A stretch of 64,000 nt of DNA from Daphnia carinata (GCF_022539665.2 NC_081332.1:5952001-6016000); one strand, 5' to 3'; positions 28,523 to 42,497 are shown, numbered from the stretch's first letter. Numbers and translations: made by a program. Notes: generated by a model not told the origin, from the letters alone.

Positions 28523-30254
28523 TCACGAAATGTTTTTTAATATCCAATCAATGGCTACAGAAACGCGAGAATAAACTCCCGGGAATCCAGGTGTAGCGCA
28601 ACGCACACCGAAAGAGACGAGGCCTATCACATAATACCTTTCTCCAGCTTGAAACATCAACGGGCCACCTGAATCTCCCTAAATAACCAAAATTAAACCG
28701 AAATAATAATAATAAATTGTTCGAAAAACAAACTGCAACATGACCTACCCGACAAGCGTCTTTGCCCCCTTCTTCATATCCGGCACACAGAACGGTTTCG
28801 TCTATTCGCAAATGCCTGTGCGATTGATAAGCTTGGGCGCATTTTGACTGTGGAACAACGGGAAGCTGGACTTCCATCAATACACTAGATGCTCGTTCAT
28901 CTATGACATTTCAAGCTTGATAAGGCAAGCCATAATTCAAAACGAAACTGAAAAAAAAAAACTCTACGCTACAGTAAGAAGGAGATCCCCATCCAGCTAC
29001 GTAGGGGAAAATTTCAGTGGAATCCAGCGAACGCCAACGACGATCGATTGGTAAGCAAATCGGTTGGATATCACCTGAAATAATACAATAATCATCTTTT
29101 GCTCGGGGATCTTGAATAAAATGATACCGTACTCGTGAATGGAATAAAATCTGATAAACGAATTATCGCAATGTCGTAACTGGGTCCCCGTCCACTCTTG
29201 ACGAAGCGTTCGTGAACGGTTACACGCTCGATGTAGTAATCCTGTGGGCCATATTCACTTGTTCCATGTTCACCCAGCCGTACAAATATTCTGCAAAATC
29301 GATTCGTAATTTTAGTGAAACATTTTAAAGACAAGGCATTGAAATTCACTCACAAGTCCCGACGGTTATACACGCAATGAGCCGCAGTTAACACGTGATG
29401 TTTGGTTATGAGGGCCCCACCGCAATTGTACTCTATCCCAGTGCCGTCGTAGTACCCAAGGCGTGCCAACCACGGCCAAGCACCTGCACAGGATGGTACC
29501 GGTCGTTTAGCGAAAAGTCATTAAAAAGAAATTTACGAAAATTTATTTAACCCTTGGGTGCTACTACGCCACCGGCTATGCGAGCACGAGTAGTAGCAAA
29601 AGGCACCGTGCCGCATTTACGAGGTAAACGGGGCTGGACAATATCAGTCGATTCCGGAGGCCATAATTGACGACTAATGACAAACTTGTTTTCACCAGAG
29701 ATCCTGGACATTGCCACTGTGTCATTTTGGATTTGGTTGTCAAGAAGGTTTGCTTCGATACTATCAGGGAACACGATTGGCGGTATGTTCGAATGTTTGC
29801 AGCATATCTGTCATTGAAAATTCCCCGTCATTATTGAATCGCTGAAGGTGATTTTGCGGATTTGAAAAGCGATGAAGCGACGATGATGGATACCTTTTTT
29901 GGATGCCGATCATCCGCGGAACCGCAATTATAACGACCGCCTACTTCCCTGAACCCGTGCGGTACTGGTAGATGATGATTATCGCTTGATCGCGCACATA
30001 ACTTTGGTAATCGGCAAACGCCCGGATGGCCTTCCCATGTTAAACAACTTTGATATCCTTTAGAAAACAAAAGAGAATTTCATTAAACAAGTAAGGACAC
30101 CATAAATGATTCAATAATAACAAAGAAATATTATTAATTAAAGAATACCAAAAGTCAAGTCCATGACGGTTAATGCAACTTGCGCTCCACCAATCGAGCA
30201 GGTGATAAATAAAAAACAAATCACCAGAACATGATTGAGCAAAATAAGACGCAT
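28523..30254 (-). CDS. CLIP-domain trypsin-like serine protease (copy 2)
   Basis: Signal peptide [24 protein letters not shown]; clip [17 protein letters not shown]...NC...ICC; R-IAGG; LTAAHC, YDIAII, GGKDACR/GDSGGP; ends WILKNIS-TGA. Confidence 0.92.
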
Positions 30255-30919
30255 TCCTACAACCAACAAAAGATCGTTATTTTGGTTAAACACAATCATT
30301 ACAAAAAAAAATCTATGTAATTATTACAAAGGTATTCAACTTACTTTCGATTGCGTTTGTTTGCCAAGCGTGCAGACAAATCACAATTACAACACTTGTT
30401 GAGTGAGTGGCAACAAAGAAGACGTGCTAAGAAAATGCGACCGACTGTGGCAGCTGGCGACGGACCATTTGCCAATAGTTACCGACAGTGGACACAAAGT
30501 AGTGTTGGTGTTAAACGAATCGCATCTAACATATCTGTCCACACGGGGCTTGTTTGCCCCTCCCACAGCAAAAATCAAGCGGAGTAAGCGCTCTACCACA
30601 CAGGTGCGGCAGCATTGATCGAAGCTTACAGCCGAAACGAAGCGTGCCTTTTCTTTTTGTTTCAAGCCAATACCCTACAAAAGGGAAATTCCCGTTCCCC
30701 AAAAATGGATCACGATGTACTGTAAAAAAATGGAATTATTTTCTTTCTTATATTTACAGATAATTCTTTGCCTATGTGATGCCAGCAGTCGAGAAAAAAA
30801 AATGACATGTACAAAAAATAATAATATGTTCTTATCGTGAAGGGACTTCGTAAAAATTAGGTTCTTAATACGGTTTTCTTAGCCGAAGAGAGATTCTTAA
30901 ATAAGGATAGTTGATTAAA

Positions 30920-33900
30920 TCAAATGAGAAGCTGCAGCGCCATAAATAATATCACAGAGAGAGCGGCCGAATGAGCAGGCCGCAGAGAGCCGCAATCCAG
31001 AGGATCGTTGGGGTAAATTTGGCCGATTCTCGGGTCGGACATTGGAGGCTTGCAAGAAGAATTGGCGGCCAAAAAAGTTTCCTGTTCCAATAACGTCAAG
31101 TTTAGAACCCGCTTTTCTTCTCTTTTCAACATGCAAAAATAAAATCCACTTACTTGACAGAGTTCTGTACAAGATGGGCATGAAAGCGAACCGACGTGAA
31201 GCCAACCTTGACTAAGCAAGCGAACGCGCAACTCTTGTCCTGGGTAATAGCACGGAAATGTACGGTTGTCCACCTGGATCAGCAAAATATACGTTTATAA
31301 ATTTTTTTTCAGACAACGTCGATTGAATCGTTAAGAAAACTGTTAAAAACAAGAGGGAAAAGAGGTCTTACGATGATGTTAAGGCGCCCATTCTGACAGG
31401 TGTACTCGTAGCAGCCAGATCCCCAGTGCTGCCACTGTCGCACCTGTCGGCAAGTCCGTTCTTCCCACATGGAACCAGCATGTTCAAAGCACTTGGATTT
31501 GGGCCCGTACAACTCCAAGGCAAAATTACGTTCAGGGCCTTGTGAAAGAAAATCAAATCGTCACTATAGGCTTATAATAATCGAAAAAAGCGTTTACATA
31601 CGAGGATTATTCTCTTCGTAAAGGCAATTGGAGCCACGGATAGCAATATTATCCGAGCGCCAGGTAAATTCCTGTATGTAGGGGCAAAAATCGGCCAGAG
31701 CCACAGATCCGCCATAATAAGGTATATCCGCTTGGCTGATGTGCGGGATAAATTCAAAGTTCTGGTAAAGGTCTGGAAGTGGGTAGGTATGCTGTACCAG
31801 ATTGCATAAAGCTACCGAGTTGCGGTCTTCCGAACATTCCGTTTCCAACGGATCCCGTTTGACTCGGTTGCAGTAAGGATGTAAATGTTGTTCCCTAGGT
31901 CATAAAGCGCTTTGAGTCAAGGAGTACAGTAATGAAAAACAGGTTAATGGAATAAATACCTGTCTGCTTTGGTTTCCATCCACTCCATGCAACTGCGCTG
32001 TGCGAAATCGCAACCCAAGTTACGGCCCCAACTGAGCGGCTGTGCCATATCCATATTGGCTTTGTACCATCCTAAAAACAATCGATGAACGTTTACAGTT
32101 TAAAAAACAACTTGGAATTCAAAAGAAACAATTTCTTTGCCAACCAGTGTCTTCCATTAAGGCAAGAGTGATGCGCGAGTAAACTGGATTCTGTGTGTGA
32201 GTTCCAGTCATTGCTTCGTTTTCAAACGCCCTTTTTTCCCAGTGAGTTAGAGCAGTGCCTGTAGGGAAAATTTATTGAATGTTATCAAATTATAGTGATC
32301 TGAGCAATACCTTCACCGCCTTGATCTTCGAGTTCCGCGCCTTCTAGAGTGCTACAATTGAAATGTTTTCGCACCTCTTCGACAACGCGGGGTGTCACCA
32401 TCATGTGCACCTCTTTACGTACACGTCCTTCACGGACTAACCAATCAGGACGTATGATTCTCTTGATGACTCTCTCACTCCATTGCCGCGCTTGTAAACT
32501 GTGTCAAAAAAAAATGGTTAGTCAAATTTTTAAAAATACTGGAATCATAACAGATCTTTTACTTTTCGTTGAGGGCCGGTTTGCCGTGTTCATCCCGCGG
32601 CGTCAACGGTAATCCCTTCGAGTCCCGGTAAAATGCGAAGAGACTGACAGAAAAGCCGAGAGCGTGCAGAATTTCGTGCTTTACGGTCGAGATGAGCACA
32701 TCCAGCTCGGGCAGCTTTGTGCTGATGCTCCGTGGACACAAGTTCGCATGTCCAGCAATCGGTCTAGAATTGAGCGCCAAAGATAGGGAGAAAAAAACGG
32801 TTAATACCACCATCCTCCCAAAACTGGTATCAGTAGGTGAATCGTAATAAGTGGAACGAGACGTTGTAAACACAAATGTGGTAACCAGGTGAATCTGGCC
32901 CTGTTGGTGTGATATGGCACCATCTGGCATCCTCATTCGATACCGAGATGCGCATCCATCCGTAACCAATTAAATATTAGATTCTTAAGCTTAGAAAAGC
33001 ACTGTGACCCTTTAACACGTGCGATATCCAAACTGGTGAGACCAGTCCCACGCCAAGCTGGACGGAAAAGAATCAAACTGTTTAGCGTTAAAAAAAAGTG
33101 TTTAACTGTTACTGCATCCCGCACGCGGAAGGAGGAAAAGCAACAACTATAGAACCGTTGAATTTCCTATTCACATCAAACAACGGACGATTGCAGAGAT
33201 TGTTATAGCCGTCATTATCGTAATTTTTATATGCGGTCATAGTCGACACGATTGTCTCTCTATTCCCTTAGGTCGTAACACGAAAACGGTTAGAAAAATT
33301 GAACTCACCGATCGAGAGAAACTTCTTGCTGACAATGGGCAGCATAAGCAACAGTCATGCCTTTCTGGCACCGCTCTGCAAGAAGAGAAACAAAGTAGTG
33401 TTACGTGTGCTTATTGGTGGAAGAATATTCGTGCACTGTTCAATGCACTAACATTACCAGTATCCATGGCTGATACGTAGAAAACGAAATCTGCATCTTT
33501 AATCCCTGGGCCGGCTCCTTCGCCCAAAGAGCGACACTGTTTGCCTTGAGCATCACATACTCGGCATGACTATAAGAGATTGAAACGTTTCGGTAACGTG
33601 ATCATACAAATTTCCTTGATGATTAGACAAACCTCGAGGTGATGTTCTGGCACCTGAACTTCTCCACACATTGTAGCCGCCTCACAGGCATTCATACAAT
33701 AGGGATGCGGGTCGTTGGGAACTAGGAACACTTGGTTATTCCGGCATTTCCTATGGTCACGTAAAATTAATAAATCATGAAAAAAATTGCCTTAATGACA
33801 TTTCTTTGTTTTAAATATCATGAAAACAAAGAGAAAAACCGGGAAAAAAGAATTACCGGCTGAGGCGTATAACTGATTCTGTCTTACGGACCATCAGCGC

Positions 33901-35032
33901 TCGTTCCCAATAGCTGACGGCTTCGGGAAGAACCGTATTCTGTCAAACATCAAAAACAATAAATGATGAATCCCGTCAAACTGGAATGGTGAATGAGCAA
34001 CTTACATTAATAAGCTCAAACATGGCCTCATCTAACCTATCGTTACACGAATAAGAAGAGAAAAAACCATTATTAGGGATGAACAATTAAAAAACAAAAA
34101 ACAAATATGAAGTACTTGTAGACACTGGTGTCGTAGTAAATTTTCACGCGAAGCCTCTGGTCTAAACTTCTTCGTTTCATCACGTGCTCCGATTCCAGAT
34201 GAACACCATGTATTATCTATACGAGAACATATAGTTTGAAAATGAAAATCCAATCGGTAACTTTATTTTAGGGGAAAAGAGGCTACCGGTCTACCAAAGT
34301 CTATCCAAAATAATAATGAAAAAACACTAGGAGGAAAAAAAAATCGTTGCGTAACGGGATGTTTTCCTTCTATCCCGCCAACACATTTACCATACGTATT
34401 TCTAGCGCTATCTCCCTATACAGGTTTAACGTTAAATCCAAGTCACTCGACCGTAACGGGTCTTGATGGTATATGAAGGAATATGGGCTGTATGACGAAG
34501 ACCACTACGAACCAACAGGACCATATGTTACCGCGATCTTGTAGCCTACTAAGTATTTCTAGTACGCCTCGATAACTGTCCGTGTGTGATGTTACGGTTT
34601 GCAGATGAGAGAGGTAGGGTGTTCATTAGAAAAAGGGATTGTTTGTGTCAAAATATAGCAACTGGGATTTCTGGTCATTGTCAGACAGCACAGACATTCA
34701 TTTCACTACTTTGCAACTTGAAAATTATTAAAATGTAGAAATCATGACTGGTTATTCCAGCTTTCTGCAGACTGTTAAACAAATGAACTATTTGTGGGGG
34801 TTGGGTTTCAAAGCATTGTTACAATGGACAGCACTTTACTTACATCGTTAGGCTTAGGATGGACATGGTTGCATTGCAAATCCGAATGTGAATGCAAGTG
34901 GGCTGCTTGTGTAAATGTCAGCAACAACAAGTTTGTTACACATATGGCAAGGGTCACCATAGATAAAGATCTAGCAAAGTCTTTTGTTTGTGATGATTGG
35001 GATGAGTAACGATTTTTTACAACAGAATTCAT
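30920..35032 (-). CDS. LMLN: Leishmanolysin-like M8 metallopeptidase (invadolysin)
   Basis: Hydrophobic leader plus CNH pro-motif; [20 protein letters not shown]; zinc motif [10 protein letters not shown]; third His and Met-turn in [39 protein letters not shown]; hydrophobic C-terminal GPI-like tail. Confidence 0.95.
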
Positions 35033-36178
35033 GATGCTTTAGAATTCTTTGCAAACGTAAAGGAACACTATATCACCACCCACGTCTGAAGTGTTTCCTT
35101 TTTCAGTTATGATATTGAAAATCACAAAACCATCAGCATACACAGAGTAGCACTGATTAAATGAGCGCCGCAAAAGTACAACATTTCGTCTCGAGTAGTA
35201 GACGAAGAATGAGGCTAGTTTGCAAAAACCTCTTACCGATGAGTAAGAATTTTCCTACTACTGATTGCCCTGAAAATACCCAATCCCTAGAAACGCCAGT
35301 TGGCCGAGCTAGCTGCGGTCGTACAGCCCATGTCGGCCATTGTAAACACAATACAAGTTTTCCGTTAGTCGAGAAAACAACCTGACAAGCTGGACAATAA
35401 GCTGGTTGCTTGCAACAATGAGGGCAGCAGACAGAAATATACAGGTTTCAGCGACTAAAACCTTCTCCACGATTTTCCGACTTCTTTTCAAGTTGCCCAA
35501 CCCGGCGAACGTTAGAGACGCCATCTCCAGTCGACCACGAAAAGAAAAGACTCAACGAAGGTATTTTCGCGCATCGTTCAAAAAAATATATATGTTAAAC
35601 TTAAAGTGTTAGGTTAAACTTAAGTTGGCCAGCTAAAGCTTTTGAAGGTATCGACAGCGTATTTCCGTTGACGCCACTACGACTGGAATTGAATGTATTT
35701 TAAAATTTCGATATACATGGGTATATCACCGTGATATTTAAGATCAGAATGGAATTACAACGTTATTCTTGTCAGAAATAGTTTGTTTCTATCCCGTTGC
35801 CTTTTTCTAGAATACAGGTACACGACTGGCAGGTTTTCAAGCGCCTTTGATGGCAGCTGAATTTTTATTTAATAAAATTAGAGAACGATAAACATTCTTA
35901 TTTTTAAAAAGGAAAAGATAATTTCGCCTTTTGTTGGACACGTTACGCTTTTCTTTGGCTCACTTTCGCAACTCTTAGGGATGGTATTATTTTGCCGTTA
36001 TATGTGTGCATTTAAACTGCATTCAACGTACACCAGTACGTTGAATTGTCTGGAAGTCTTCTTCAGAAATTTTGCTAGGACGATTGGTCGGCAGGTGGAA
36101 CGCATCGTAAAAATTCGCGAAAAGTATGTGAAATCATTTTTTACATACCACTGCAAATGAACTCTAAAAGTTTGGTTT

Positions 36179-36911
36179 TCATAGCTGCAAAGGCATATTT
36201 GGCCACAATTTAGGCTGCTTTCTATCACAATTTCTTCTGAAGTTAAGCTGTATAGCTGTTTCCATTGCCTGAATTCTTGGAGCATTGTCACCATAAATCT
36301 CAACATAGTCTTTGTAGTGTGTTTCATTTAGATTGCAAGAAGAAACATGATCTTGGGAATCAGCAGCACTATGTTCTACTGGGATCTCATCCACATTGAT
36401 GTATGTAACTTCTTGTGTGACATTTATATGATCTAAAGTTTCAACACAGCAATAACATGTCAATAAAATGGACAGCACCTTGAGTTAACGAGACGAATAG
36501 TACATTATGGATCATAATACCTCTTTGTTTTTTATGTTTCATGGATGTTTTGAGAAACTCAAGCATATCCCCTGTTATTTCCATCTCAATTTCATTGTCT
36601 TTAGCTTTTCTTTCACTTTTGCAATCCTCAGTGAATGATGTTAATGGCTCAATAGATCCAGAAGAAACATCTTGTGCTCCAAACTTGGAACAAGACTGTT
36701 AGGTTACTAGTACATGTTTAATCTATATACATGCCATGTTTACCTTTTGAGACTGTTCCAACAGCCAGTACAGAAATGAATTTTCATAGTCAGTAGATAC
36801 AACTTTAGATCTAAAAAGACTTATTTGATGTTTGGTATACCAAGATTGTCCATGTCTATAATTCATCCAAAAATGATTAAATCTTGGGTCTTGCGTCCAG
36901 TCATCGGCCAT
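36179..36911 (-). CDS. GEMIN8: Gem-associated protein 8 (SMN complex)
   Basis: N-terminal [14 protein letters not shown], middle [22 protein letters not shown] and C-terminal [39 protein letters not shown] match the conserved Gemin8 blocks; three coding exons. Confidence 0.88.
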
Positions 36912-37399
36912 CTCAACTGCAAGTGTGTGGAAAACTATAGATTGTGTACGGTATTTTCCCCCAAAAGATGGAAGTCATCTCTCACTTCATTTTGGAGGGA
37001 AATAGGGAATTTCAAAGGAAGTGGTTAGAGCTCGGCCCCGCGTTGATCGGGTCGCTATCTGGCCGGAATAGAGTACTTTTTATTGTTGAGTGCTGGTTTT
37101 CGGTGCATCATGCTTTTTTTTAACCCGATCAGGATCTGGCCCAACACCGTTATCTTGGGCCCTCACCATGGCCCCCCGTTTCCACCGTTTCGACCGCCTC
37201 ACATTTATGTTGCCCTTTCTTTTCCTGTACTAGTCGTTCTGCCACCTAGCGTGAAGCTTATGCGATAAAAAAATTGACGCTTGGAGGCCTTCATCATCTT
37301 GCGGATTGTAAATTCGTTTCTGTCAAGTCGTCATTTTTTCAGGTGTTTGAAAGAAATCAATCGTAGTCGAATAACTAGTTTGTAACTAAGATCTCGGCC

Positions 37400-37875
37400 A
37401 TGGCAGACATAAAAAATGAAAAGTCAGATAACACCAACGAAAAGCCAAAGGTTGATTTAGGCCTTCTCGAAGAAGATGATGAATTTGAAGAATTTCCAGC
37501 TGATGGTAATATTCCACATTAGATAACTCATATTGAATAATAGCTGATGAGTGATGATTAAATTATTAGCTTTCCCTATTTTGGGGTTTTAAAAATATTA
37601 TTTCTTAATGAATTGAATGATTGTGAGATTCTTTATTCTGTTAGATTGGACTGGCAAAGAAGAAGATGCTGACGATGTCAATGTTTGGGAAGACAACTGG
37701 GATGATGACAATGTTGAGGATGATTTCAGCCAACAGCTGAGGTAAGATTCATTGAAAAATTTAAAATTTGGATACTCAATGTAAATCGTATTCAATATTT
37801 ATATGTTTTATTCTTTCTTTTTCTGGTTTCAACAGGGTGGCATTGGAGAAACAAGGCATTAAAATGGAACAATGA
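37400..37875 (+). CDS. SEM1: 26S proteasome subunit Sem1/DSS1 (three exons, absent from ORF track)
   Basis: Exons 37400-37505, 37646-37741 and 37836-37875 join to [80 protein letters not shown]. Confidence 0.97.
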
Positions 37876-39029
37876 TAAAATGTGTGTTTCCATATGTATC
37901 TTTCCCTGAATTCAGAATAATGTACTGATGTTGTTTTTTTTTTTCAAAATTGTTTATTTTAGTTTCTTCAATATTATTGATAGGAGTAAGAAGATATTGG
38001 AATGTTTAATCTATCTGAACTTTGGCAGTCTGTGTTAGCCTAGGGTAAGTTTGCAGTTCTCTAACTCCTATCATTTTTTTAAACTGGGGGAATTAGCTAT
38101 ATAGCCAAAAATGCGTAGTGTTTTTGCAATTTGATCCCGCCTTCCCCATCACTTCCAATGATAACTGCCCTAGCTAACTCAGTTTAAAACCTTTTCCCTT
38201 TGTCTCTAGCTTATGTAGAGAAAAATGTGTTGGATTAATCAGTAAAATTTGGGCTGTGGGCGAAAAAGAAAACTTACCTATAGAGCCTACGAAGGTTACA
38301 TTTTGAAAAATTCGCCACCGTAGAACGTTTCTGCAACTATTAACGTGAAGGAACTTAAAGAATATTGGAAATGATTGTGAGGGACAACTGAGTTAGGGCG
38401 CGGGAATTCAAAGTAATAGTCACGCTTGAAAAATGAGAAAATTGCGCAAGGGATGACGTCATCGAGAAATTCTGATATCCAATTTAAGTCGCATAAAAAC
38501 TGAGGTACCAAGTTATTCAACTCAAAGTTTACAACGTGTCTATCACCGTCCAATTATTAACGAAAAATGCAAAACTTCAGGCTTCGCTAGTTCAGATTTC
38601 TGCACATGGATTCAAGTTGTATTTGAAAACTGCCACGAAAAATGGACGAGCGCCAGATACGCAGCGGGATTTGTAGGGGGGTGTAAAATGATGGTAGAAA
38701 GTTGGCCTCGACAGACTAGGCGGCAGCGATGGCGTCCGACTGGCGGTTATTTATATAACGCAATTGCTCGCAGTGTGGTCGTCTCTGCACCCCAGTCCAG
38801 AGTAAAAGAGGAGTAGACCGTGTTGCTGAGGCTTTTCTGATAGTGTGTCGCTGCCACAGAATGGAAAACTGACTCATTGTGCAAGGAGGTGTGAAACCGT
38901 TGCGTATCAGACTACAATTCATAAGATGTTGACCGAGTGTTAGATGTGTGATTTCTTTACTGGTGTTGATTCACCACAAGCCAGTTTATTGCTACAACTC
39001 GCTGCTTAAGTCCAGAATATTTAAGACAG

Positions 39030-40476
39030 ATGGCTCTCGACCGCAGGCGTTCCGTACGTGATCGTGGTTCAGTTCGGAGCCGTGGCTCTTCGAGCGCTTC
39101 AAGTTCTGATCCACGCGAAAAATTGAAGGATTGTTGCCGACAGTTTGTGGCCTTTATGTTTACACAGGTTGGCGTAGGAGCGCTGGTCGTCAGCTATGCC
39201 ATCATGGGCGCCTTTGCCTTTATGGCAATCGAGGGCGAATCGGAAAACAGCGATAACAACGATCATGTTGCCAGTTTACGATCCTCTTGTCTTAGTCGCC
39301 TCTGGAACGTTACCGATCATCTTAACGTGCTTGAAGAGAGGAAGTGGAAGCTGGACGTCCGTCAGGTGCTACTCGATCACCAACAAGCTATGGCATTGGC
39401 CATTAAAGGCGGTTATGACGGTCGGACCAATCAGGAACGCTGGACTTTCCCATCTGCACTCATGTTTTCGCTATCTGTCTTTACCATGATCGGTTTCGGA
39501 CATTTGGTGGTTTGTATATTTCTCTAACATAAAATACTTTTTAAACTTAATATCGGGCGTTTTTTTTTGTTTTATTAGCCACGTACTCAGTGGGGGAAAA
39601 TTGCCACCATGCTTTACGCTGTTTTTGGAATCCCCGTTTATGTTCTCTATTTCATGAACATGGGCCAAGTTTTGGCCTCGTGCTTCAAGTGGTTCTATTG
39701 CAAGCTGGTCCGCTGTGCAGATGCCCGTAAAGATAAACCATTAGCGGATGGTGATCCAGCTGCCGGCAACGGCAACAAAGAAATTATTGGCGTAGTCTCT
39801 TCGGCCGCTGGGGACGAACTATCGGACGATTTGGACGAAGAAAGCTACTCTGGATTAATAATCGTGCCATCAACAGCTTGCCTTTGGGTCTGGCTAACAT
39901 ATCTAGCCGTCGGCACTATTGTATTGATTATCTATATTGTTTAATATTTATTCGCTAAATTAAATCAATTTTAATTAAAGATGTTCGCTGAATGGGAGAA
40001 CTGGGAATATCTTGACGCGTGTTATTTTTGCGTCACCAGTTTATGCAAGATCGGAATGGGTGACTTTGTACCCGGCGCCAATCTTCACGCTTCAAGCAAT
40101 CAGACCAAATTGGTATTCATAAGTTTATGATATTCTAATCTTTTATTTATAGTCAACATTTTTTTTTTCTTCAATTGGATCACAGATTATAAATTTCGTA
40201 TATCTTCTTGTTGGAATGGGTAACTTCTTAACTGAGATACAAAATATTTTAATGTAGCATTGCATCCTTTCTTTTTTATTGTCTTCTTCTAGGAATCATC
40301 GCTATGTGCTACAATTTAATGAAGGAGGAGATACTTGTTCGTTTGCAAGAATTGAAAGCCGACTTGATTGAACGGTATGACAAAGTCATTAGTCACTATA
40401 TACATTCCACCAGTTGGATATTTGTCATAACTTTATCTCAAGGCTGCAAGACGTTAGCGGACGTATGCGTCGTTGA
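39030..40476 (+). CDS. Two-pore-domain (K2P/TWIK-family) potassium channel
   Basis: M1 (VGVGALVVSYAIMGAFAFMAIE), cap, P1 WTFPSALMFSLSVFTMIGFGHLV/PRTQWGK, M2 LYAVFGIP, M3, P2 WEYLDACYFCVTSLCKIGMGDFVP, M4 split over small exons; probable stop after ...SGRMRR at 40476. Confidence 0.9.
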
Positions 40477-41195
40477 TCTTCAGAAGCATCCGTGTTACTT
40501 TATCCACACTAGCCAAGTTTATGGATCGGATAATGCGGTGTTAAAATCACCTTGAAAAAATACTTGGTGCGTGACTCGTGCATAAAATCTTTATTTGAAA
40601 ATATCCAACCGAAAATATCGGCCGCCACCTTTCACAATCCTTTTGAAAATAGCCCTCCTTGAGCCGCCTGGCGCATGGACAGGGAGTGCGCAGGCCGTGT
40701 TGTTGGATTTAAACTGTTGTTTTTCTTTCTCCACCCGCTCCCAACGGAGCTATTTTCGGCAGAGCCGTCTATTACACACGCACCTTTTGAGCACCTAAGA
40801 AAAGTAACACGTTTAGTCTTTCGATTCAACCTCCCTTAAGTTGAATTGTAACTTCCTGCGTATTATTCTCATTGTTTATTTAACACATAATTTGTACTTT
40901 CACTATCGACCGTGTTCCGGTTTTATCTTTGTATTTAATTTGTGTTACTATATCGTTATTTGGTCCAATATTTTGTGTCAGTGAATTGGATTAAGTGGTA
41001 TTCTGTAATTTCAAGTAACTCCCCGTCCATAGTTTTCTCATTTTCATACATGCCATCCTTATCTTTGGTTCCATCGGTACACGATAGCTTGTTTTTGTCG
41101 TCTGCAAGGAAGTGTGTCCGCAGTTATGGTATGATTTATTGTAGATCAAGTGGGAGTCAATATTTTGATACCGTTTTAAAGAGTAGTTACTAAAC

Positions 41196-42147
41196 ATGAC
41201 TTCAATTTCTCAGCGGCTGTTGGCAGTTGCTGGCCACAGTCAGCGTGCTAATGATGTAATTTTCGTCCAAAAGCAAACGTCTTCTCAGCCAACCTCTGTA
41301 GTGGTATTCTTCGGAGGAGACGTTCAGGTCAAAAATTTAAATAAAATCACAATGTCAACCAATTTTGTATCTTTGGGGCTTTCAATTACAGGATTATCCT
41401 GAAAATATGAAAAGTCATCGAGACCATGGAGCATATGTTGACTACAATTTAGAGGCAATAGCTGAAATTTTGGCTGCAAAATTTCCTGACAGCTTCATAT
41501 GTGTCATACGACCTGCAAAGATTGAGTTGAAGACATTCAGTTGCTTCTCCAACTTTGTGATATGCAATCATATTGGCAGCCCTACTCATTTACCAAATAA
41601 TAATGCTCTTCTCCATTTGAGCACATTACTTCAATCAATTGTAGAACGAACTGGATTTTATGAAGTTGGTTATGGATCCCCTTTGGTAATCATTGGGTTT
41701 TCCAAAGGCTGTGTTGTCCTTAATCAATTTCTCCATGAATTTCACTATTTTAAACATCTCCCAATAGACAATAAAAATAATGTGAGTGCTCTTATAGGAC
41801 GTATTAAAAAAATGATTTGGTTAGACGGTGGACATTCAGGTGGAAAAGATACTTGGGTGACTTCAGTACAAACACTTTCTTCATTCCAAGGAATGGGTAA
41901 AATACAAAATTTCTTTTTCTGCATATAAATTCATAAACTAAGCATGTCTATTGTAGATATAATGGTAGATATTCACGTTACTCCGTATCAAATAAATGAC
42001 GACCGTCGAACTTGGATAGGTAAAGAGGAAAAGCAGTTTTATTCGACACTAAAAAAAATGGGAGTCACCCTGTTGCGAAAAGTACATTTCCCGGAAGATC
42101 CGCCTTCGCTGCAAAACCACTTTCTGCTCCTCAAATTATTTTGCTGA
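41196..42147 (+). CDS. C2orf69: UPF0565 / C2orf69 homolog (alpha/beta-hydrolase-like)
   Basis: FFGGDVQDYPENM, FSCFSNFV, IIGFSKGCVVLNQ, WLDGGHSG...TWVT, HVTPYQINDDRRTWIGKEEKQF across three exons. Confidence 0.92.
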
Positions 42148-42497
42148 ACTATTAATTCACTTGTACAAAAATTGTAATTTAGGCTACTGTGCGCTAATGT
42201 AAATTATAAACTAGACATTGCGTATAAACAAAGCACTCATTTTGCTACGTAATCTGCCTTTTATTTAGTAGCTCGCAAATGCAATTAAGGAGACATTCTC
42301 TCTCTTACACGATTATGTTACATTCTTATATACAGCTAAACGTAAACGTTAAAACCTTAAAACAAAAAAAAAAAAAAAAAAAAAAATGAAATTAATAAAA
42401 GCCATAAAGGCGGGTGCTGCTTCTAGATGTCACAACGCTGCATCAAATATCAGACGAAGCATCAAGTAAACTCATTAGCAGTCAAAAGAAGTTGAAA

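Noticed and set aside
32933..33124. Possible alternative exon in the long LMLN intron
   Set aside because: Splicing from the phase-2 donor at 33308 hits a stop within ~15 codons; the direct junction to 32764 gives the conserved [12 protein letters not shown].
37022..37045. RNase MRP CR-V-like or telomerase-template-like motif on the minus strand (aacgcggggcc; ctaacc)
   Set aside because: No matching CR-I (GAAAGUCCCC), and the CUAACC match is only 6 nt.
40665..40695. GC-rich hairpin gcctggcgcat...gtgcgcaggc upstream of C2orf69
   Set aside because: A single ~10-bp stem with no snRNA, snoRNA or tRNA motifs; compatible with chance in a promoter region.
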